DNA of 61,518 nucleotides from Fidelibacterota bacterium (GTDB lineage Bacteria > Fidelibacterota > Marinisomatia > Marinisomatales > Marinisomataceae): NCBI GenBank assembly GCA_029253045.1, contig JAQXAG010000048.1, forward strand, positions 1-61,518. Reading direction: 5' to 3'. The notes beneath the pieces were generated by a model. That model was not told the origin of the DNA, made no database searches, and saw only the letters and a list, made by a program, of their open reading frames with translations. This document shows positions 1-9,300 of the stretch, one piece after another. The position numbers and the translations under genes are program-made. The stretch's first letter is position 1, and the number at the start of each line of letters is the position of its first letter.

Positions 1-738
1 ACTCACAATCCAGACAGTCAAGAAAGGTTAATTTCTTTATGGAAAGATAATTGGATAGATAAAGGTTGGGAGCCCATAATCCTCAATAATGATTATGCGA
101 AAGCTCATCACTACTATGATGAATTTGTGGAAAAAATGTCAAAATTCCATGTTCTCATAACAGGAAATAAAATTAATAAATATGGAATTTATTGTTATAC
201 TAGATGGCTAGCTTACGCAATGCTGGAATCATCCGATCAAATTTATACTTGTGATTACGATTTAATAAACAATGGATTAAAGCCGAATGAAATAAAAAAT
301 TCTGGAGGGCTGCACTTAATGTCTGAGTATTGTCCATGTTTTATTTCTGGAAATTCTAAAGATTTTTTAAGAATGGCAAAGTTTATGGCTAACATTACGG
401 AGATGAGGTATGATTTTTTAAGAAACAATGTCAAAAATATGTCTGGAATGAGGTCTGGCATATATCATGATCAAGATGTGTTAGTAAATAATATATCAAA
501 TCTTTACTGTCCTTTTGGAGTCTCAATTGCAAGCGACTTGAAGTTTAATCTTTCTACGAAATATGTAGGACAAATGGCAAGCAAAAATACTTTTGATGAT
601 TTTGTTTTCAAAAAAAAGCTTCCAAAAACTTTGCACTTCTCAAGAAACAGCATGATTAGGTTTAAAAAACAAATTGGAGAAAATCAATTAGATGATGATG
701 TCTTAAGGTGCAATATTATAGAAGAAAAATTTAGATAA
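1..738 (+). CDS. hypothetical protein, 5'-truncated at window edge (weak DXD glycosyltransferase-like hint)
   Basis: Frame 1 is open from nt 1 (THNPDSQERLISLWKDNWIDKGW...) into track ORF 127-738. The GTG at 127 is therefore internal and the gene starts upstream of the window. Stop is TAA 736-738. RWLAYAMLESSDQIYTCDYDLIN loosely resembles the sugar-binding/DXD region of GT32-type glycosyltransferases. This is weak pattern recognition only. Confidence 0.55.
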   Translation, partial: THNPDSQERLISLWKDNWIDKGWEPIILNNDYAKAHHYYDEFVEKMSKFHVLITGNKINKYGIYCYTRWLAYAMLESSDQIYTCDYDLINNGLKPNEIKNSGGLHLMSEYCPCFISGNSKDFLRMAKFMANITEMRYDFLRNNVKNMSGMRSGIYHDQDVLVNNISNLYCPFGVSIASDLKFNLSTKYVGQMASKNTFDDFVFKKKLPKTLHFSRNSMIRFKKQIGENQLDDDVLRCNIIEEKFR

Positions 739-750
739 CTTAAATTATAT

Positions 751-760
751 GGTGTAATAA
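751..760 (+). promoter_or_regulatory. GGTGTAATAA upstream element (candidate phage promoter -10 region)
   Basis: Member of the recurrent (T/G)GTGTA(T)AAT family seen in most plus-strand intergenic gaps. The -10-like TAATAA ends 5 nt before ATG 766. No Shine-Dalgarno is visible. Confidence 0.4.
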
Positions 761-765
761 AAAGT

Positions 766-3315
766 ATGCCAGTGCCAAATTCAAGAATAAAAATAAAGAC
801 TGTAGAAAATTGCGATTTTATATCCTTACCTCTTGCTAAACCTGAATATTTCGGTAGGGAAAAAACATTCAGACTTAGAATAAAATGGGGAGATGGCAGT
901 ACAAATACTTATTCAAACAATTATGACAATGCGACTTTAGATTGGAATAGGGATTACGACACAGCTGGAAAAACTAAAAATTCAGTCCCTGAATCAGATA
1001 CTTTAGTTGTCCCCTTTCATTCCTATAAGGCTCCAGGGCAATACACCATCGAAATTTTTGGGGGATTTGATTATAGCCATGGTGAAAGCGATAACGAAAA
1101 CATAGGAACATTAAAGTTTGCATTTGCAGCCGCTGAAGACAGAATGGAAATATCAACAGGAGAGGGCGAGAATAAAGTTGTAACCAGGCAATGTGTAGGA
1201 ACGCCAGATAAAATTGAAGAGATTTTTGGATTAGGAAGTGCAAATAGGCCAAGGGGAGATTTATTTATTCACGGGCAAGGTGATTTTGAAGATTTTACGA
1301 ATTTAAAAAAAATACGTTGCTCGTTAAAACTTTTAAAATCAATCAAGTCTTCTTCAGAAGATAAAACTATATCATATAGCGAAGTGGACTCAGCTAAGGT
1401 ATGTTTTATAAATACTTTTAAAAATACAGAATCTTTAGAGCAAACCAAACAAATACAAAGATTACTTTCAGGCTCTCCCCAAGTTATAAATATGGAGGGG
1501 TGTTTTGATAATTCTGCATACAATGGGTCTTTATTGTGGAACACATCTGAGGTGAAAAATTTTAATAGAACATTTAGGAAGTCTAAAAATCTTGCCCCAA
1601 TTAAATTTTCTACATCATCCGCTGTAAGTATAGATTATATGTTTGAAGATTCTTATTGCGGACGAGTTTTTAAGATATTTAAAAAGTTATATAAGGGAAC
1701 TGCTAGCGGGGGGACTTCTTTCTGGAAGTTAGTTTTAACTAATAATTCAGGAAATACACTTTGGAGTAATGACGGAAGCATAGACATTGGATCTGCAGTC
1801 GGAGAGCCTTCAGCTTCAGTAAGTCTTGTTACAGAAACAGACGGAACAACTAAAAATAATTTTACTATAGGAGCAGGGGGAATGGACCCAATCAGTCCAG
1901 ATGCATTTATAGACCCATCAAAATCTAATGATTTTTATACAGATGCAAAGTTGCACTTCTGGACTAGCGATACGGATGAAGGAAATTACACTAAACAAAG
2001 TGTAGTTGTTTTAGATTTCAACTCCCCAGGGGTTATAAGGAAAAATGTAGATTCTTTAATTGGAGAATGGACTAATGTAGTATCAGCAGTAGGAACTTTT
2101 AAAGACCATAAAAAGTTAGATCCAGATTTATTGAAAAAGGCATTTGCAGCAGACAAGGAATATCCAATTGAAACTCTTGAAGCTTGTTTTGAAGGAACAA
2201 ATTTTTGGAAAAGCAGAAGGAATTATGCATTAAGGTGGGCGAGAGCTAAACCAAAATCATTAAGCAGATATATAAGGAATTCAAGAAATGCTTTTGATAT
2301 TAGTCGTATAGACACATCAAGACTTGAAAATGTGTCTCATGTTTGTGAAGATACTGATTATAACTTAGGAATAAATTTTAATTTCGAAAATGTAACGGAT
2401 GCATCTTACGCATTCGCTGGTTGTACTGGAAATCCTAAATTAACCGAAGCATTCTGGAGAAGAGGGCCCCTTAGAAGATACAATTTCAAGCCAATTAATG
2501 CTGAAGCAATGTTTGAAGGAAGTACTGGGTGGAGCGGCCAAAATTGGGACTGGCGACATATGAAGCCAACTTCATTAGAAAGAACTTTTAAAGATTGCGA
2601 TTTTAATGGAAGATTCAGCGGGATAAACACTTCAAATTGTACAAGTTTAAATTCTACATTTAAAAATAGCTCCTTTACATCAACAGATACAAATATCACG
2701 AAGTGGAATGTGAAAAATGTAGAAGATGCTAGCTATTGCTTTGAATTAAATCAAGGAGAATGGGACTTATCCTTATGGTTTAAACCAGAAAAAAGAAAAA
2801 ATTTTAAAATTAAAAATGTTACTGGATTTTTTGAAAGTTCAAAAAATAAAACAGTATGTAATGGTTGGGCTGCAACATTTGCAAAAACAGTTGTTTCAGC
2901 AAGTGCAATGTTTAAAAACAATACAGCAATTAAATTCAACGATATATATAAAATCCTAACAAATACTAGGAAAAACTCAAAGATTGAAGATATAGATGAA
3001 ATGTTCAGAGGCATAAAATTGGAAACGGGGGAACCTACTGGAAGTCAAAAATTTGAGATGAAAAAATGGCATTTAGCCAAACCAGAATGCAATCAGCACA
3101 TAAATGTTTTTAGAGGTGTAGGAATAACAATTCCCACAGTAACGTATGGAAGATGCAGGTTTAAATCTCATGAATCTAGAGACAATATTGTCGAAGATCC
3201 AATATACGAAAAGAAAAATTTATATGCTCATTCTGAAGTTGTATATAGAACGTTATGTAGTAGGGAAATGGGCCAGCAAGGTGAATACGACACAGTATTT
3301 ATGAAAGTAAGTTAA
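766..3315 (+). CDS. DUF285/BspA-like leucine-rich-repeat protein with N-terminal PKD-like WGD module
   Basis: 849-aa ORF. IKWGDGSTNTY...FHSYKAPGQYTIEIFGG resembles the PKD beta-sandwich signature (WxxGDG...HxYxxxGxYxI). From about aa 240 to 750 there are repeated ~25-30 aa units such as LWNTSEVKNFNRTFRKSKNL, NFENVTDASYAFAGC, WNVKNVEDASYCFEL and IEDIDEMFRG, as in DUF285/BspA-type repeats. Confidence 0.65.
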   Translation: MPVPNSRIKIKTVENCDFISLPLAKPEYFGREKTFRLRIKWGDGSTNTYSNNYDNATLDWNRDYDTAGKTKNSVPESDTLVVPFHSYKAPGQYTIEIFGGFDYSHGESDNENIGTLKFAFAAAEDRMEISTGEGENKVVTRQCVGTPDKIEEIFGLGSANRPRGDLFIHGQGDFEDFTNLKKIRCSLKLLKSIKSSSEDKTISYSEVDSAKVCFINTFKNTESLEQTKQIQRLLSGSPQVINMEGCFDNSAYNGSLLWNTSEVKNFNRTFRKSKNLAPIKFSTSSAVSIDYMFEDSYCGRVFKIFKKLYKGTASGGTSFWKLVLTNNSGNTLWSNDGSIDIGSAVGEPSASVSLVTETDGTTKNNFTIGAGGMDPISPDAFIDPSKSNDFYTDAKLHFWTSDTDEGNYTKQSVVVLDFNSPGVIRKNVDSLIGEWTNVVSAVGTFKDHKKLDPDLLKKAFAADKEYPIETLEACFEGTNFWKSRRNYALRWARAKPKSLSRYIRNSRNAFDISRIDTSRLENVSHVCEDTDYNLGINFNFENVTDASYAFAGCTGNPKLTEAFWRRGPLRRYNFKPINAEAMFEGSTGWSGQNWDWRHMKPTSLERTFKDCDFNGRFSGINTSNCTSLNSTFKNSSFTSTDTNITKWNVKNVEDASYCFELNQGEWDLSLWFKPEKRKNFKIKNVTGFFESSKNKTVCNGWAATFAKTVVSASAMFKNNTAIKFNDIYKILTNTRKNSKIEDIDEMFRGIKLETGEPTGSQKFEMKKWHLAKPECNQHINVFRGVGITIPTVTYGRCRFKSHESRDNIVEDPIYEKKNLYAHSEVVYRTLCSREMGQQGEYDTVFMKVS

Positions 3316-3328
3316 TAAAAAACATAAA

Positions 3329-6300
3329 ATGAATAACACAGAACATTTATTAGAAGTAGCCAAAAAAAAGTTAAAAGATTTTAAAATATCTTCGTTAAGC
3401 TTTGTTAAAGTAGCTGATTCAGAATTTTTAATATCAGCTTCAGTTGATCAACTCATAGAAGATCTTCCAAATTCAATAGAAATTGATGGAAAGGATTATA
3501 ATATAGATCAAAACATTTCAAAAATACAATTACTTGATGATACTGAATTAGAATTTGATGGAGTAACCAAAGACGAAGGACAAAGGTTACAAAAATGGAG
3601 GGCAAAAGTTCAGGGAGAAAATAACAGGGGGATTATATTTGAAAACGATTGTAATGCAGGGGATGACGGGACTGAATACCCAGATACGACTGTAAACAAA
3701 ACAAGAACTAGACCATTAAAATGTGGATTGTCAATAAGTGCTGATAAAGCATCGCAGGGAACTCTTGGTTGTTTCGCTATAGACAATCAAGATGGAAAAT
3801 TAGTTGGACTAACTAATGCGCACGTATTAGCTGAAAGGTTTTTATTAACTTCAGAAGGTGATGAAAGTGGATATAAAGCATCAGTCGAAAACACTAAAGT
3901 TTATCAAGGAGATATGTCCAACCTTTCTGGATTAACAGATGATGATGCAATTGGAATTGTTAAAAGATATTTTCCCGTAGGGCTGCCTTACACAACTAGA
4001 AGTGGCGGACACTCAATAACAAAGGACCAATATCAAATTGATGCAGCTTTAATAGCTATAAAAAAAGGAATGATAAATGAAAATTCCTGGAAGTTGGCTG
4101 GCATAGACAATACCTCTTTTAATGAAGGAGGGGCTCCTACTTTTGCATCTTACAACGAGCATTTAAATTGGGTTTATGATAGTTTTTGGGGCGGATACAA
4201 CTCAGATGTTGGAGGGGAGCTAGATGAATTCAAAACACCGCAAGAAAGTGACATGCTGACATCTGGTGCTGGTACTGGACCTAAGGATGGAACTGTAAGT
4301 GGAGATGATAATTATAGATGGAGAATTGTTGGTCCATATAAATTTCAAGAACAAAAATTCAAAAACTCAAAAAATCCAGATGCTACTATTATAAAGTTTG
4401 CAGCAAATAATGTAGCTATAGCAAGACAACAAAATAAAGATAGATATAAAAGCGACCAATTAAATACAATCGCAAGAGGTGATTGGTACTGTGCAGATAA
4501 TTTAATACCAGGAGATTCTGGATCTGTACTTTATGCTAAAATTAGAGGCAAATGGAAAATGGTTGGATTGATTTACGCCACTAAATTTGAGCACCCAACT
4601 CCCGAAACTATAACTTACAAAGAAGGTTTAATAATACCTTTTTATTTAGTTGCAGAACTTTTGGATATAAGCCCATGGGATGGGGTAATATCAGATGATA
4701 TTTTTTCTCAAGAAAAGAGCGGAGAAATAAGAACAGATCTTATTTATGCGAAAGGAAAAAGCAATATATACAGGCACGAAGTAGATCATAGACTTGGTAA
4801 AAGGGCTTATTTTCAAGCAGGAAGTGTCGAAAGAGAAAGGAATAGACAATATACAGCAGTACAAGAAAGCTTCGGTAGCGGAGACGGTGAAATAAGGCCA
4901 ATACAGAGAAATATAAGTGAATTTATTACTTATGATGGTATAGATATTGACTTGCCTACGGAAGGGTCTTTTGATAAATCAAACAAAGAATACCAATCAA
5001 ACCCTGTTTGGTTTAAAGTAAAAAATTTAAATGTACCAAATTCCACAATTCCAGCTAATATATTAGATCCAGGGAATGGAGTGATAACTCTTGATGTGGC
5101 AGTAATTAAAGAAGATTCTTTCGAGGGATTGGGGGAGAATTATTTCAAAAAAGAAAATAGAGGGAAAATAATATATGCATCAGCTCCTATATTAGAGTTT
5201 TATGGAAGTACTATAAATGCAAGTGGCACGAATATAGACAGTTTAGCTTCAAAAGTAAGCGATTTACTAGGGGGTGCTGATAGCAATTATCAACCTGGCA
5301 AACAATTTACGAATTTAAGCAAGGTCAGGTTTGATGACGGAAGAAAAGGTAGTAGAATTTCAGTACCAGAAAACGGTTTAAATTTAAATAAAGTAACAGG
5401 TTATATTGAACATTTTCCTTGGGAACTTGGTGCTGATGGAAAATCAAAAGGAGGAGCTAGAGCTACCCCCGAAAAACTTGAAGATTGGATTGAAGAAGGC
5501 TCTATAAAGTGCTTGGTATTAACTTATATAGATAAAGACTCTGAATATATAATAGATAAAGTTGATTTAGGGGCTATAGAAACTGCCGAGCTAGGCACGT
5601 TTCCAGAGCAGAAGAATGTAGCACCTACTGGAGATAAGATAATGAGGTTTGATATTGACACATCTAAATATCTATCAGACCTTACTGTGTTCACAAATGG
5701 AACTAACCAAAATTACGATTCTTATCACTGGAAAAATGGTAACGATAGAGCGGCTAAAACGGTAATGATACCAATTTTAGAAGTTGGAGAAGGGGGTGCT
5801 ACTATAAATTGGGGAGATAACACAACCACTCAAGTCCCAGCAAATTGGAAGATGAAAAATCAAAATCAGCTGGCGACTTGCTGGAAAAATTTAAAAGCTG
5901 GAGCAACTACAAATACTACACACCATCAAGTTCACCAGGATTTAGGTTATGATAAAATCATTCACTATTATCAAACAACTGGGGTAAAACAAATTACAAT
6001 TGAAGGGGATGTTTTGAGGTTTGGTCTGGTTGGATCTTTTCAGGACGAGGCTGTTTCCGCAGGAGGAACTAATTACCCAGCATCAGAAAAAGGTTGGAAC
6101 GCAAATCACGCACGGAATATTATTGGAGGGTTAGAGTCATCAGATTTCTATGAGTATTCTCTAATGTTCTCTTGCAGAGTTACATTTATTAATAAATTTC
6201 CAAATTGGCAAAATTGTGACTTTATATATCCATTTGTATTATCAAACATCACAGGATGGAATGTAAATTCTGAATTTGCTGGATTTAGATCTGTTGGAGC

Positions 6301-9300
6301 TTTCGTTACTCATATAAAAAAGAATAGCGAGTATTCGGAGCAAGAACAAGGTTGGGTTAAAGGGGATTGGGTGTCAGAAGGTTTTTCTGATTTTACAAAC
6401 GGTAATATAGGTCCATTTGATAATTGGAAATTTGGAGAAAATTACTCTGAAGATTTTGACTTTTTTGAAAGGGTGCAATACAAAGAGGGCGAAGATGGTT
6501 TTGGGGTAAAGCAGGTAATGCCTTATGAATCCCTTTACCATACTTTTTACCCCATAATTAGAAATGGTAACATTGCTATAAAAGGGACGAATACAATATG
6601 GCCATATTACTCAACACTCACAGATAAAAAATGGGAAGGGTTAGCTGAGCCAAAAGTATTAAATACCGACTCGCCTTATTCAGAAGTAATAGGTAATATC
6701 AGATTTAATCATGATTTAAAAATAGGAGTCTTAGAAACAAACCCAGCATCTATAAACCAAGAACCTTTCTATAATTATATTTGTAATCAAGTTAATAATT
6801 CTTCAAAACAGGTAAGTGTAAAACACTTAAAGTTAGAAAATTATAAAAGTTTTAATAGAAGTGATGAAATAAATTCTGGAGTCCCGTCAAAAAGTTATGA
6901 TTGGATGTCAAGAACTAATGTCGTTTTTATAGACGATGGTAGTATTGACTTTGCTAGCGGAACTCTTCCAAAATATTCAATAATAGCAAAATTATTAGCA
7001 AAAAATTATGAATTAAGTTCTTCGGAGGGAATAGATTCTATAGAAAATATTTTTGAGTCAGCGCGTATTAACTTTGCATCATTATCTGCTTTTATGAACC
7101 GTTTTACCTTAAAAGGTTCATGCTCTTACAAGCGGGCTTTTAAAAATGCTACATTTACTACTTCTATTGATTTTAGTAAGTTTAGTTTTTCTGGCAATGA
7201 CTTAACAGAGATGTTTAAATCAGCCACTTTTAAAGCTGGCAATGTGAATTTTTCAAAAATAGAAACACCAAGCTCTATTAAAGGCTGGTTTGAAGATGCT
7301 GTGATTAGTAATGGGACTATAAAAGGTCTAGCAGGCTTAAGGACCTCAGAGTCGACTGATATAAGAAATGCATTTTTAAATTTAAAAATACAATCTGATA
7401 TTACTGATCTGCCTAGATTAAAACTTTCTGAAGGGCAAACTTTTGATTTAATAACTAGTAAATGCGAGTCATTAAGAGACGAATTAGGTAATGTTAATCC
7501 ATCCGCATTTAGAGTGGCGACCGATTCGGCAGGATCTATTACATTGCCAGAAAATTTAAATTTTGTAAATGAAATAGTAGATTATGTAAGAATGACACCA
7601 GGCACTGTCAGTAATACTACTGAAGCATCGATATTAGAGAATGAATATTCAGTTGCAATTAATAAAGGTTATCCAGATGCCTCCCGAATTGGATGGGAAG
7701 ATAATCAAATAAAACCTTCTTTTGTCAAAGCAGGAAAATATGCAATATTAGTTGACTCAGCTAGGGGAACTCCATATTCTGCAAACTCCTCAGTGTATGA
7801 AAGCGATGAAAATAATTGGGCGTCAGTATATAATTCAAATTTAGATTTAGGTTTGTATCAAAGCGAATCAGGATATTGGACTAAAAGCGATAGGCGTTTA
7901 ATTGGGGGAAAACAATTTTTCGGAAATAATGCGGACGATTCTGAAGAGGTAACTGATACAAAATACATTAAGAAGTTCAAAGCTATGGCCCTTTCGAGTA
8001 ATGAATATTACTGGATGGGAGGTAATCCTGTTGTAGGCACTTATAATAAAAATGTTTTAAGTAATTTGTTTTCTTGCAGGACTTTATTTGAGAGTATTGG
8101 CAGGCATTCATATTGGGCAATAATAACCGTGGACAAAGATGAATACCAAAAACAAGACCTTCATTTAAGATTCAAGAATACTACATTCACAAGTAAGGAT
8201 TGGGCTGAAGTGTCGGTAGAACCTTTCAGCTATGCACATAACATGCTTCATGCAGCAGAATGGAATGGGGGGTCGATAAGCTCTCCAAGGAGCTTACTAA
8301 GCAACCAAAAAGGGAAATTTTGGACTGATGCAGAGGAGTTATTAGGACAAGGAGGTTTAGCTACTCTTGATTCAGACTCAGATGGCATATTGGATATAGA
8401 TGAAAAAGGAGATGATATCACAGATCCTGACACTAAAGATTCAAAGATAACAATAACTTATGCAGATTCTGCAGAGTATAATGCAATCGCATCGGTGGAT
8501 CATGACGATCTAGGTTATCTACCACAAGGACATGAAATAGCATCCAATAAAGTAGGCATTTCATTGCAAATTGGAACAGGTGGAATAACCATAGATTGGG
8601 GAGATGACAATGACCCCGTAGCTTATACTACCTCAAACTCAGGAGTTATAGTGAAAGATTACGAATCCTCAGGCGGAGAGAAAACTATTATAATAGACGG
8701 CGATGTTACTACTTTTGGCTCAGATAACAATCATGGTGTAGCAGGTCATTATCTATACGGTTACCACACAACATCATCAGAAACAGATAAAAATGTAAGA
8801 ATCTTTCTTGGAAGCCAATTCAGAATGAAATCTTTTAAGTATGAAGGTGGCGGAGGCCTATTGAAATTTGGAAGACCTTTTGGTATTGGAAATGGGGTAG
8901 TCAATAGTCAGCAGACGCATAAGGGGAAAACCATGTTTGATCCGACCAATAATTGGGCGGCTGAAAATACAGGATTGCCAAAATCTAATTGCCAGGTAAG
9001 TGTAGATTTGTCTGGATTCAAACCATACAGTATTAATAATATATCAGGTGTCTTTAGTCAGCTTTATACTCATGATTTGGATTTATCAAGTTTGGATTTT
9101 TCAAGAATTGTATCCATGGATGAACTTTTCGCTTGTGCTATTATCACTGGAAACCTTAAAATGCCAAAAGTTGACGACTCGAATCCTGCAATGCCTGATT
9201 CTAGATATTTTAATGAACGACAAAATACTTTTGACGCTTCACGAGGAAGCCCAGCAACAAGAAAACAAGCATTAAAAGATGCTCATAGAAGAGGAGGTTA

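Noticed and set aside
127-738. GTG 127 as the start of the first ORF
   Set aside because: The same frame is open without a stop from nt 1, so the gene is truncated by the window edge. The true start cannot be assigned here.
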